Virus record (IMG/VR): IMGVR_UViG_3300015261_000001
Span: 124,001-188,000 of that record
Length of the DNA: 64,000 nt
Strand: one strand, 5' to 3'
Numbering within the stretch: the stretch's first letter is position 1; each line of letters starts with the position of its first letter. The position numbers were made by a program, and so were the translations under genes. The notes below the pieces were generated by a model. The model had not been told where the DNA came from, searched no databases, and worked only from the letters and a program-made list of their open reading frames with translations. Of the stretch, positions 38,207-47,887 are shown one piece after another.

Positions 38207-39736
38207 TCACTCTGGAGTACGACCCAATTCACTCAACGTCAACACCCGCAGATTAGCAACAGCCGAGGTATGAACGTAAATGTAGTCGTCCGTCTCTACC
38301 AACGTGGAATACCGCACACCCAACTGATTACGTGTGTCTGTTACACACCACACACGCACCTTTGGATCTTCCACAGTGTTAAAGGAGTTACGACTAGGCA
38401 AGTCAAAGCCCACCGACAACTTGATTGGAACCGGCTTCTTCGAGTTCGGGTGATGAATCTTGACGGTGAAGGTCTCCTTCAACTGAGTGAACTCAGGATT
38501 GAGCTTGAGCTTCTCCACGCCCTTACCGTTTACTTCCTTCACGTAGATCAGGTCAGTGATATCGTAGAAGGTTGAGTAGCCGTGAACGTTTTCCTCGTTG
38601 CGATTCATGAACGCTTCAAGGATTACATCCATCCCCATCAAGTGGTCACGGATTCGATACGACATCATCACCGGGTTAATCAATTCGATCAACACAGTCT
38701 TGCTGTCTTTCTTATCCGGGTTAGAGTTCTTCCGTGTGAACGGAGACACCAACTTGGTCTTGCCATCGGGTACCGCCGGAACTTGATTGATCAACCGAGC
38801 AACATCTTTAGTCACGATGTTGTTTAGGTCACCTGCTGACAGATAACCATCCGGGTTGTCGATCTTTGTCCGAGTAAACTCGAACAGCTTGTCCAACAGC
38901 TCCAGTGGTTGCTTGGTGAATAACTTGGAGTAGGTGACGTCAGGAGTCAACTTACCGTAGTAAGACTTGTCCGGCTCCACTTTCCCGAAGTTATACACCC
39001 GATAACCATGATGAAGCTGGTAGAACAGTTCCGGGTTGTTGGTCTCGTAATACCAACGCGTGGCTTCTACCAATTTGTTGAACTGAATCTCTGGGTTCTC
39101 GTACTCCTTGCGAGGCACGCGACTCAGGTTCTGTTCTTTGGTAAAGCTCCACTGTGTAATCACTTCCGCCAGATCGAGCTGCTTGCTTGCCTGCCGGTTA
39201 CCCAGCCCACCTTCCGCAGAACCAGCCAAGTCGAAAATTACTCGACGTTTGGTTTCCTGCATCCAGGTCAACCGGGTGAGAATGTCTTCCAACAAAATAC
39301 GTTCTACTGGGTTCAGTAACTGACCGCCCAGCTTTACTTCTTCTGCCTTCTTAACAACGTCCAGCTTCAGCTTCGCCAACTGCTCGAGTTCTTTGTGCGG
39401 CGTAATCACACACAAGTTCTTCATGCACGGGTCAATCGAAAATACATCGAGGATTTCCAGATACCCGGCCAACAGCGCCTCGTTCTTGGAATCCTTGTTA
39501 GCGATGGTGAGGGAAACAATATCCTTCACCGTCACTACGGTGTTAGCTTTTTGTACGTTCCCGGCAAAATAACCGGACGAAGTCGGAACGTCCTTGACGA
39601 GTTTCTTCTTGCCTTCTTCGTTGATGTCGTAGGTGTAACCATGCCCACCGAGGAAATGGGGGTGATGCTTAACATGGTGTGACATACCGGCCATCAGATA
39701 AACCACCAAGTTTATCGTAGGAATTATTTCTTCCAT
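38207..39736 (-). CDS. RNase H-like protein (phiKZ gp155 position), apparently catalytically degenerate
   Basis: N-terminal beta/GxHGY pattern, NEA helix and GNRQAS helix fit the RNase HI layout, but the expected Asp positions read M/P/S; also synteny. Confidence 0.55.
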   Translation of the reverse strand: MEEIIPTINLVVYLMAGMSHHVKHHPHFLGGHGYTYDINEEGKKKLVKDVPTSSGYFAGNVQKANTVVTVKDIVSLTIANKDSKNEALLAGYLEILDVFSIDPCMKNLCVITPHKELEQLAKLKLDVVKKAEEVKLGGQLLNPVERILLEDILTRLTWMQETKRRVIFDLAGSAEGGLGNRQASKQLDLAEVITQWSFTKEQNLSRVPRKEYENPEIQFNKLVEATRWYYETNNPELFYQLHHGYRVYNFGKVEPDKSYYGKLTPDVTYSKLFTKQPLELLDKLFEFTRTKIDNPDGYLSAGDLNNIVTKDVARLINQVPAVPDGKTKLVSPFTRKNSNPDKKDSKTVLIELINPVMMSYRIRDHLMGMDVILEAFMNRNEENVHGYSTFYDITDLIYVKEVNGKGVEKLKLNPEFTQLKETFTVKIHHPNSKKPVPIKLSVGFDLPSRNSFNTVEDPKVRVWCVTDTRNQLGVRYSTLVETDDYIYVHTSAVANLRVLTLSELGRTPE

Positions 39737-39798
39737 TGGTAGTGAACTCTTTGAGGTGGGTGCATTCAGTAGAATACACCACCTGGTACATTAAAAAA

Positions 39799-40248
39799 TT
39801 AAGGCTTTTTGCACATGAGCAGCAGAACTTTATTGTTCTCCTTAAGAATCGCGTTTTCTTCCAGTACGTTGACCAGATGACGCTTTAAAAACGAGTTCTC
39901 ACCTGAAAGTGCAGTGGTCCTTTCTACCAACCAGATGTTCTGTTCTTTGATCATGTTCATTTGCACACTTAACGCATCGTTGATGCGAATGAAGCCACCA
40001 ATCGGGCCTCCCCCTCCTCCATCGAACAGCAAGTTGATCTTCGACAACCCCACATTAGCATCCGTTAATTCCATACGGAGGTTAAGGTTGGTAGTGGTCA
40101 GTGAAAAAATAATGAATAGCAGTACAGAAATCATTAAGACCGCCGCTTTAAGGGCTTTGGTCAATTGGTCCTCTACCGACTCTCCCTTGAAGAATCTAAG
40201 CACGAATTCTATGAATCTATCTGCCATCTCCTTTGCAATAGCGAGCAT
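39799..40248 (-). CDS. Single-pass membrane protein with coiled coil
   Basis: TM segment AAVLMISVLLFIIFSL, then heptad repeats and a C-terminal Cys. Confidence 0.6.
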   Translation of the reverse strand: MLAIAKEMADRFIEFVLRFFKGESVEDQLTKALKAAVLMISVLLFIIFSLTTTNLNLRMELTDANVGLSKINLLFDGGGGGPIGGFIRINDALSVQMNMIKEQNIWLVERTTALSGENSFLKRHLVNVLEENAILKENNKVLLLMCKKP

Positions 40249-40281
40249 AGGTGTTATCCTTACTTCAACGGTGAGCTAATC

Positions 40282-41628
40282 ATGAGTACGTCTTATCTTT
40301 CTTTTGCGAGTCTCTCGAAGTTACACGACAACAGTCTTCAAGTAACTTCCCCGATTGGCGAACTGTCCAACAAAGCTTCCAGTTACGCCAAAGACCCGGG
40401 TAAGTTCTCGCTTGCAGTGAATGTACCCAGCGCCACTGAACTTGTCAACTTCTTGAGCATGCAAGACACTCAAGAGATTGTAATGCCGCAGAACTTGGCG
40501 GAAGTTCAAATCAACATCTCGAACTGGTTGTACGACCAAGCGCTACAAGACAAGATCACTGACAGCCGCACCACGTGTTTGGCTCTGCTCGTTGCGACCT
40601 TTACCAACAACATCATTATCGATGGTGTTGGCGAGATGGTGACGAACAATGCCATTTGGCTCCCCAGCTTCGTGAAAGGCCGGCACATTGTTGGTGCCGA
40701 AGAGCACGAGTTCTATCTGTGGATGGCGGATGCCTATTTCCTCATCCAGTACCCCTATGTTAAGTTTACAGTGATTCATCCGTTGCCTCTCGGCAATGAC
40801 TTTGACTCACTGATGAATATGAACTACCAGCAGATCGCTGAACGCTTCCTCCTGGAAACTCCAGCAGTGGTTGCGCAACGTGAGCGCGTGGCTACCAACA
40901 ACTTTGCATGGCCTGGCACCGAGCGGAATATTTACGAGTTCCAGATCTTGGATCTGATCAACACTGGTAAATTCAACGTCGGTTCGTGGGTGGTCTGGTC
41001 GTGGGGTAACGGCGCTGACGCCGAAGATCAACTCTTCGATCAAATGCAACAGGAAATTCTGGATAATTCCCAGTACGGTCGCGACAAGTGGGAAGAGAAA
41101 ATCCCGGACCTGTTCAACCCGCTGGAGTTCTACGTGATCCCTCGTTTCGACAAACTGGGTATCATTAACCGCACCAATGGCGCGAGCACTTACTCCCCGA
41201 TTGTCGATCAAGAAACAGTCATGGACATCGCTGATGTTTACCTGGCACCCTCCATGCCAGCTGATCATCTCATAAAATCTTCCCAGACCGTCACGTTCCT
41301 TTATAAGTCGCTGCAAGCTCTGTTTGTATCGAAAGTAAACAACCGTGAAGGTATGAAGAAGGTTTCGGCAATTGTTCCTGATTACCAGTTGATTTCTTCG
41401 CTGGATCCTGACTTCGGCGACATGAGCGGACCGACCATGGAGTTCGTTCGTCAAATGGAGAACTTGTTCGCTGCGGCGGAAACTGTTACTCCGTTCTCGC
41501 TGCTGCCGATGGGTATCAGTCGCATTACCCGTTTGGGTAAAGTCTGTGTGGCCAAACGCATCGGTAAAGTGAAGTACGTTGTCTTCACTCGCTGGCAAAT
41601 GGTGCAAGACGGCTTGGTTGAGGAATAA
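40282..41628 (+). CDS. Virion structural protein (phiKZ gp157-like position)
   Basis: Likely start MSTSY at 40282 (448 aa); synteny. Confidence 0.6.
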   Translation: MSTSYLSFASLSKLHDNSLQVTSPIGELSNKASSYAKDPGKFSLAVNVPSATELVNFLSMQDTQEIVMPQNLAEVQINISNWLYDQALQDKITDSRTTCLALLVATFTNNIIIDGVGEMVTNNAIWLPSFVKGRHIVGAEEHEFYLWMADAYFLIQYPYVKFTVIHPLPLGNDFDSLMNMNYQQIAERFLLETPAVVAQRERVATNNFAWPGTERNIYEFQILDLINTGKFNVGSWVVWSWGNGADAEDQLFDQMQQEILDNSQYGRDKWEEKIPDLFNPLEFYVIPRFDKLGIINRTNGASTYSPIVDQETVMDIADVYLAPSMPADHLIKSSQTVTFLYKSLQALFVSKVNNREGMKKVSAIVPDYQLISSLDPDFGDMSGPTMEFVRQMENLFAAAETVTPFSLLPMGISRITRLGKVCVAKRIGKVKYVVFTRWQMVQDGLVEE

Positions 41629-41631
41629 TTC

Positions 41632-42288
41632 ATGACCATCAACAACATCATCCCGGGATTGAAGGCCGCTGGTAAGTTCGAAGCCAACGCGCCTTTCGAT
41701 CGGGTGGTAAACCCTGAAACCTTTTACTCAGTAGAAGCTCAGCGCACCATCCCTGAGATGCAGGGTCTGAACATCAACATCTTTGCTCGGGTGTTTGCGC
41801 CAGTTGGTATTCTGGAAGCTGACTATCCAGCGATGTTGGCGACTGCGGTAAGTGCCGGTGCGGTGGTTATCAGCCTGATCCCTCGGATTGGTGCTCCGGT
41901 GTATGTACTCAGTACGCACCTGAAGACTTTCCCGTTGGTAGATGGTTGGTCATATGAGCGGATGTGCTTAGTAGTAGACGTGGGTGCATTGGCCCCGGAT
42001 ATGAAAGAGTCGTTGGCTCAAGCTGGGGAACACTTCCAGCAATACGTGCTGGCGCACTACGGGATTGATGCCAAAGTACAGCTCGGTACGATCCCGGTGA
42101 TTGGTTACGTGTCGCAGTTTGAACACGAGACCATGGAAACCGTGCGGAAGAACCGTATTACCGACAACACCAATGATGTGGCAACCATTCGCAATCTGGA
42201 AGCTCAGATCGTGACCAAGGATGCGTACATCAAAGATCTGGAAGCAAGACTGCTGGCATTGACTCCGCCACCTACCCCGGATCCGTAA
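41632..42288 (+). CDS. Putative structural protein (gp158-like position)
   Basis: 218 aa with a C-terminal coiled coil; GAGG RBS; co-transcribed with the upstream gene. Confidence 0.6.
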   Translation: MTINNIIPGLKAAGKFEANAPFDRVVNPETFYSVEAQRTIPEMQGLNINIFARVFAPVGILEADYPAMLATAVSAGAVVISLIPRIGAPVYVLSTHLKTFPLVDGWSYERMCLVVDVGALAPDMKESLAQAGEHFQQYVLAHYGIDAKVQLGTIPVIGYVSQFEHETMETVRKNRITDNTNDVATIRNLEAQIVTKDAYIKDLEARLLALTPPPTPDP

Positions 42289-42304
42289 ACGCGTAATAAT
42301 CCCT

Positions 42305-42338
42305 TGCTCCAGGAGAGCCACACGGCTCTCCTGGAGTA
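42305..42338. terminator. Terminator between convergent genes
   Basis: 15-bp stem TGCTCCAGGAGAGCC / GGCTCTCCTGGAGTA with a 4-nt loop. Confidence 0.75.
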
Positions 42339-42352
42339 TCGGGGTCGGTTTG

Positions 42353-43531
42353 TTACGCCATGCGAATCGAACCAACGGCGTGACCATCGCTTTCATCGGC
42401 TTTAACCAGCCAGTGATAAGGTTTGACCACTTCGTTGTGTTGCAGGTCCATCAGGTAGCCCATCAGGTAGTTGGTGAAGCTTTCGGTGTAGCCTTCGAGG
42501 ATGATCTCCTGGAAGTTCACTTCAGGCAATTCACACTTGAAAGGCTCGCTGCCGTCTTCTGGATATTCCCACACGATCCAGCTGTTGACATCCAGACCGA
42601 TGTTCTTGGTCTTGGAGTTCAAACGAGCAGCGTACAGGGTGTCTAGGACTTCGTTAGCGACGCGTTCCAGCTCAGGCTTACCGTGTAGACCATCAAACGG
42701 ATACAAGCACTTGGTGAAGTGCGTAGCGGCGAACAGAAGGGTACGTGCCTCGATGTTGAACAGCTTGGTAGCAGCTTCACCGAATTTGCCCAGAGTCCGG
42801 TGTTTGACAATGTCCTTGTTGATCACACGCTCCAGAATTTTAAGGCGGTTCAGAACAGACTTCGACAGAACATCCGTTTCCAAGATGTCAGGAGTCATGT
42901 CTGGATTCGTCCCCAGAGTGAAACCTTCTTTAGGCAGCTTTGGGAACACCTTGTCAAAACGCAAGGAGAAGGTCAGTTTATCTTCCCCGACGATGTTGAA
43001 GGTCATGTACAGGTCATGATCCCGGCAGGTAGCTGCTCGCACAAAGCGATCTGCCTTACGGGTAATCTCGGCCAAGTTCTTTTCCATCTTCTTCCGAAGA
43101 GCCTCGATCAGACCGGTAACGTTGCGGTACTCTTCTTGAGTCACCTCGTCGAATTCACCCACGACGTCCAACCCCATGGTCAGCCACGCGGTAGGCATCT
43201 CGTAACGAGGACGGAAAATATCCCGGAGAATGTCTTCAGGAACCTGGTGCTTGTTCAGGAACACGTCGCCCAAAAGGCGCTTGGTCCAGAAGTTGTTCAG
43301 CAGGTAAGTGTAAGTCACATCACCCTTATCGTAACGCACCCAAGCTTCTTCGGACTTATTGCCCCACCTGTAGAAAACAAAGATGTTGATGTGGTCAGGC
43401 AGAATTGGTTGCAACCCGTCAGAAGCTAACGATGGGTCGAGTGAAACACCTTTGATATCTTGAGGCCACAGGTGGCTGTACAGCAACGTCAGGTTGTGGT
43501 GAGCTGCGGTGCCTTTTTCAATTTGTTGCAT
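42353..43531 (-). CDS. Hypothetical (possibly virion) protein
   Basis: 392-aa ORF divergent from the helicase with only a 29-bp spacer. Confidence 0.65.
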   Translation of the reverse strand: MQQIEKGTAAHHNLTLLYSHLWPQDIKGVSLDPSLASDGLQPILPDHINIFVFYRWGNKSEEAWVRYDKGDVTYTYLLNNFWTKRLLGDVFLNKHQVPEDILRDIFRPRYEMPTAWLTMGLDVVGEFDEVTQEEYRNVTGLIEALRKKMEKNLAEITRKADRFVRAATCRDHDLYMTFNIVGEDKLTFSLRFDKVFPKLPKEGFTLGTNPDMTPDILETDVLSKSVLNRLKILERVINKDIVKHRTLGKFGEAATKLFNIEARTLLFAATHFTKCLYPFDGLHGKPELERVANEVLDTLYAARLNSKTKNIGLDVNSWIVWEYPEDGSEPFKCELPEVNFQEIILEGYTESFTNYLMGYLMDLQHNEVVKPYHWLVKADESDGHAVGSIRMA

Positions 43532-43560
43532 CGGTAATTTCCCTTATTAAGGATGGAACT

Positions 43561-46413
43561 ATGTTCGGTTTGTTTTCGGTTCAAGCCAAGCCTACTGGAG
43601 ACTATGTGCACATCACAGGAGTTTCCTATTACGATCTTGCAAAGGACATTGAAAAGTTTTACAGCAGTACGTTGGTTACCAAGCACCAGATCAAGCGCGA
43701 ATCATGGGACACCATCAAAGTCCACAACTTCTTTCTGGTAGAATTGCACAACATACTGGGAGAGCTGCTTAAGATACGGAACCTGCGTAGTCGGCGCCGC
43801 GCTCTGAGTGAACTGAAACAAGTCCTGGAAACAGACACTTGGATCAAAGACACGATTAACCCCAGCGGCACTCCGTTCAACATGAAACGTTTGGCACGGT
43901 TTGAAACTAAGCCGTTCCCTAAGCAACAAGAATTCTTAGAGCAGTATCCGGTGATTACCCACAGTTACCATTTACGAGGTCTGTTACTGGACTCCGTACC
44001 GGGCAGCGGTAAAGCCATGCCGCTCAGCACTAAGGTCAAAGTACCCAACGGGTGGAAACAATTACGCGACCTTAAGATGCACGACCCAGTCATAACCCCT
44101 GATGGGAAGGTGGCTAAAGTCGTTGGTATTCACCCCCAAGGAAAGACCGAAGTTTACCGCTTCTTCTTTGAAGATGGGCGTTACGCAGATTCTCACCCGG
44201 AACATCTCTGGGCAGTCGATGAAGTCAGTATCGTCGACGATCAAGAAATGGCCAGCGTTGGTAATGTCACTACCACCAAGGACATTATCCAGCACTTCGG
44301 TGAATTCGAATACCGTATTCCTCTGGTAGAGAAAGTCGGGGGATTCAATTACAGTGAAACGGGCACGCCTCGCCACATGGCGACTCATTTACTGGAATCT
44401 GGTATAGCGATAGATGACACAGTATTAGAACTTCCGTACTCCGAGCGCTTTGCGATTATCCGGGCTATGGTGGAGTTCTCTGCGTTGCACATCGGCGACC
44501 ATCATCTGTCCCTGATGCATGAGAACAAACAAGGTTGCGACAACTTCCGCCAGCTCATGTGGTCTCTGGGCGGTATTGCTCACGAACCGCTTAACGTCGG
44601 TGGCCTGTATAAGGTGATCTGTAAGCACCGGGACGTGGACCGTTTAATCGAAGACCTCGTGGGTAAGACTCCTGAAGTCAAGAAGATGTTCAATACCAAG
44701 CAGTACAAGGACCTTAAACTGCGCATTACCGGGTATGAGCATCGGGAAGCTGAGGAAACCCTGTGTATCTCGATTGACAGTGCAGACAAACTGTACATTG
44801 TTGATAACTACGTGGTCACTCACAACACCTTTACTTCGATTGCTTGGTCGGCGCTGGTTAACGACGCACCTACGGTGATCCTGTGTCCTCTGAACATCGT
44901 GGATGAAGTGTGGGTCAACCAACTGAACCACCACCACAAAGAAGCCCCGTTCATCTGGACCAGTAAATCGAATATCCCGTTACGTGAAGGGTTCGATTTC
45001 TACGTCGTGCATTACGACTACATGACCTCGGGTAACGCAGCCTACCTCCAAAAGTTCCTCGCAGACCTGCAAAAGAAACATAAGGGTGGCGTAAAGCTGA
45101 TTATTGACGAATGTCACAACTTCAACGACCCTAAAGCCGCGAGAACCAAACGACTCATCGAGTGGGCAGACCAGAAACTGTTCGGGCATTACCTGCCGGT
45201 GTCTGGAACCGCGTTAAAAGCCCTAGGGAGCGAGATCTACCCCGTACTGTGCCTCTTGGACCTGTTCTTCGACAGCAAGGCCAGAGAGTTCTTTATGGCG
45301 TCGTATGGACGCAACCGTCCTGCCCTGAACGAACTCCTTGCCCACCGTATCGGCAGGACCAAGTTTACCATCCCTGAATTAACCGGTATGGGTAATCCAC
45401 CCCCTATTGAGTTGGTCAGGGTGAAAATCCCTAACTCTGACAAATACACCCTCGACGTTATCCGCTTAGAGATGCAGACTTACATTACCGACCGTGTGAA
45501 GTTCTATGAATTTCATATGCCGAAGATGTTGGAGTTCTATAACGACTGTTTACTGTCGTATGAATATTCCATTGGTAAGAACCTGCAAGCTCAAGAAGAC
45601 TTCGTTAAGTATAAGCAGATCGTCCACCGTTTCCGTACCCAGGGTTATAACAGCTTTACTGACGTACAAGACGGGATGTTCTGTAAACGGGTAGAGGAAG
45701 AGATTGAAAAGGGTCTACGGGGTCCAGAGCTAAAGGAATTCCGCAATATCAAGTCTGCTGTGAAGTACCTTGGTTTGAAACTGCGTGGAGAGGCACTGGG
45801 TAACGTCCTAGGTCGTGCTCGTATCAATGCGATTAAAGACACCATTGCCTATGCTGATATTCCGGGAATGATCGATGATGCGGAGAAGAAGACCATTATC
45901 TTCACTTCGTATGTTGATGCTTTGAAACTCTGTGAAGAATACCTCACCAAAGAAGGCTACCCCGTGGTAACCGTCTACGGGGAGAACAGTAAGGATCGGG
46001 ATGACGCGATTAAGCGTTTAGCTAACGACCCTCGGGTTAAAGCAGGGATTGCCGTCTTTGATTCGCTTAAGGAAGGCTACCCACTCCTGATGTGTAATTT
46101 GACCATCCTCCTGAACAGCCCTTTCCGCGACTATGAGTTGAAACAAGTCATTGCACGTACGTGGCGTACTGGGCAAGATGCCGAGTGCTTCTACAAGCTG
46201 CTGGATTTGGACACCGGGGATAAGCTCAATATCACCACCCGGAGTATCAACATCATGGAGTGGTCTCGTGAGCAAGTTGATGCTTTACTGTCACGGGAAA
46301 GTGGTCACGCTCTACTGGGGAATATCTCGGGGCAAGAAATGTTCGATATGAGCATGGAAGCCTTTACCCTCCCTGTCCGTATTAACCAAAACGCAATGTC
46401 CCTCTTTCGATAA
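43561..46413 (+). CDS. SNF2/DEAD-like SF2 helicase (phiKZ gp203-like) containing an intein
   Basis: Walker A PGSGK|T split by the intein; LIIDECHN (DExH), VSGTALKA, SLKEGYPL and QVIARTWRTGQ motifs. Confidence 0.9.
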   Translation: MFGLFSVQAKPTGDYVHITGVSYYDLAKDIEKFYSSTLVTKHQIKRESWDTIKVHNFFLVELHNILGELLKIRNLRSRRRALSELKQVLETDTWIKDTINPSGTPFNMKRLARFETKPFPKQQEFLEQYPVITHSYHLRGLLLDSVPGSGKAMPLSTKVKVPNGWKQLRDLKMHDPVITPDGKVAKVVGIHPQGKTEVYRFFFEDGRYADSHPEHLWAVDEVSIVDDQEMASVGNVTTTKDIIQHFGEFEYRIPLVEKVGGFNYSETGTPRHMATHLLESGIAIDDTVLELPYSERFAIIRAMVEFSALHIGDHHLSLMHENKQGCDNFRQLMWSLGGIAHEPLNVGGLYKVICKHRDVDRLIEDLVGKTPEVKKMFNTKQYKDLKLRITGYEHREAEETLCISIDSADKLYIVDNYVVTHNTFTSIAWSALVNDAPTVILCPLNIVDEVWVNQLNHHHKEAPFIWTSKSNIPLREGFDFYVVHYDYMTSGNAAYLQKFLADLQKKHKGGVKLIIDECHNFNDPKAARTKRLIEWADQKLFGHYLPVSGTALKALGSEIYPVLCLLDLFFDSKAREFFMASYGRNRPALNELLAHRIGRTKFTIPELTGMGNPPPIELVRVKIPNSDKYTLDVIRLEMQTYITDRVKFYEFHMPKMLEFYNDCLLSYEYSIGKNLQAQEDFVKYKQIVHRFRTQGYNSFTDVQDGMFCKRVEEEIEKGLRGPELKEFRNIKSAVKYLGLKLRGEALGNVLGRARINAIKDTIAYADIPGMIDDAEKKTIIFTSYVDALKLCEEYLTKEGYPVVTVYGENSKDRDDAIKRLANDPRVKAGIAVFDSLKEGYPLLMCNLTILLNSPFRDYELKQVIARTWRTGQDAECFYKLLDLDTGDKLNITTRSINIMEWSREQVDALLSRESGHALLGNISGQEMFDMSMEAFTLPVRINQNAMSLFR
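44014..44826 (+). mobile_element. Class 3 (Ala-start) intein, 271 aa, with degenerate LAGLIDADG remnant
   Basis: Starts AMPLSTKV after GSGK; block B HPEHLW (Trp); block F TLCISID (Cys); block G YVVTHN (Thr, His-Asn); +1 residue Thr. Confidence 0.9.
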
Positions 46414-46424
46414 GGAACCTAAGC

Positions 46425-47453
46425 ATGTCCGAACAACAAGATCAGCAAGACTTTCTCGATTCCGATGAAACCTACGAGTCCCTCCCGGAACCTGAACACG
46501 TTGAAATCATCATGAACGGGATGCTCGATTCCCTTGCGGGTAATGAAGGCTTGCCTCTAACCGATGCACAGATCTACCTCCAAGGTGCTCTGAATGCCTC
46601 CGGCGTGGTCTCCATGCGGGTATCCGGTACTGAGGGCTTCTTCTCGTCGATCGGTGCGGGTATCAAAGCGGCGTGGGACTACATCGTCAAGATGTTCAAG
46701 TCCATTTACAACGCAGTCTTCAAGAAGGACGTTAAAGACAAGGGTGAAAAGGTTGCAACGTCCATCAAGGAAGCTGAAGAAGCGATCAAGGCGGTAGAAA
46801 GCCCTAAAGTAACTCCCGCTAACGTGGAAGCTGTCCTGAAGAAGGTGGAAACCAAGGTCGAGCATTTCCCACCGAGCCCTCAAAAGACTAAACTGCTGGA
46901 ACACGTGGCGGCGGCTAAAGAAGCCCCAGAAGCGCAGAAGGTTAAATCGGTACTGGACATGCTGCCAGAAGTGTTCGACACCGCCCTGCTGGACGTCAAG
47001 CATCTGGAGAGCCACGCTAAAGCTCTTAAAGGTGCAGCTGGTCGTTTGCAAGAACGTAAAGAAGCCTACGACAAAGAAAACGACCAAATGGGGTACGACA
47101 TTCAGACTTACCTCAATGGGTTGATCGGACTGCCTGAACCTCACTCGGTCACTAACTTGGCTAAAGCTAAGGAATTCCTGCATAAAGCCAGTCGCTGTAA
47201 AGAAGCCATGGGCAACAGCTGGATGTCTTTGTGGGATACCGAGCAAAGAACCAAGAAACTGATCGATGACATGGGCGGTAAAATCAATGCCTATGCTGAA
47301 GGTCCTAAAGACAAAGAACTCAAGGAAGAGATCGAAAAGCTTAAAGCGTACCTGCAAGGGGTAACTGAAGTCAACAAGATTACTGACACGGTTACTTTGG
47401 CACTGATGGGTATGTGTGACGTGATCAAGAAAGCTTGTGTGACGGTGATTTAA
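46425..47453 (+). CDS. Internal head protein (phiKZ inner-body/gp162-163-type family)
   Basis: Acidic propeptide; G-N-E|G and G-T-E|GFF protease-type sites followed by the amphipathic helix SIGAGIKAAWDYIVKMFKSI. Confidence 0.7.
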   Translation: MSEQQDQQDFLDSDETYESLPEPEHVEIIMNGMLDSLAGNEGLPLTDAQIYLQGALNASGVVSMRVSGTEGFFSSIGAGIKAAWDYIVKMFKSIYNAVFKKDVKDKGEKVATSIKEAEEAIKAVESPKVTPANVEAVLKKVETKVEHFPPSPQKTKLLEHVAAAKEAPEAQKVKSVLDMLPEVFDTALLDVKHLESHAKALKGAAGRLQERKEAYDKENDQMGYDIQTYLNGLIGLPEPHSVTNLAKAKEFLHKASRCKEAMGNSWMSLWDTEQRTKKLIDDMGGKINAYAEGPKDKELKEEIEKLKAYLQGVTEVNKITDTVTLALMGMCDVIKKACVTVI

Positions 47454-47472
47454 AGCAAAAACGAAATAGACT

Positions 47473-47505
47473 ACCCTACCTAGCCTGTTAAGGGCTAGGT
47501 AGGGT
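47473..47505. terminator. Intrinsic terminator between convergent genes
   Basis: 13-bp stem ACCCTACCTAGCC / GGCTAGGTAGGGT; closely related to the 38161 hairpin. Confidence 0.85.
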
Positions 47506-47515
47506 TATGTCCGCT

Positions 47516-47884
47516 TTATGCCGGTACTGGTGTACCGTTCAGAACATCTTCAGGGATGTTGTATTCCTTGATCAGGTAATCCAAGGCAAGCTGCAAACTG
47601 GTAAAGGTGTGCATTGCCCCGATATTGTCCCCCAGATGGAGTGCCCAGTGAGGGTGTTCCACGGTCTTTTGTTCGATAATCACCATACCCAATTGGAAAC
47701 CGGTGTTATTGACCTTGTAACCACTGCGGATAGTGACCGGGATTTCTTGAGTGCTCAGGAAAGCCAGAATCTTCTCTACCTGAGGACGCAGGGCTTCACC
47801 CTCTGCTGCCAACTTGGCGTTTACCGCAGCAATGTCAGCCTCGACATTAGAAGGTTTGATTTGACGTTGTTTATTTGGCTTCAT
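47516..47884 (-). CDS. Hypothetical protein
   Basis: 122 aa, in a tightly packed minus-strand cluster. Confidence 0.6.
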   Translation of the reverse strand: MKPNKQRQIKPSNVEADIAAVNAKLAAEGEALRPQVEKILAFLSTQEIPVTIRSGYKVNNTGFQLGMVIIEQKTVEHPHWALHLGDNIGAMHTFTSLQLALDYLIKEYNIPEDVLNGTPVPA

Positions 47885-47887
47885 TGC

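Noticed and set aside
44300-44720. Active homing endonuclease within the intein
   Set aside because: No intact LAGLIDADG motif with catalytic Asp; the region is too short and eroded.
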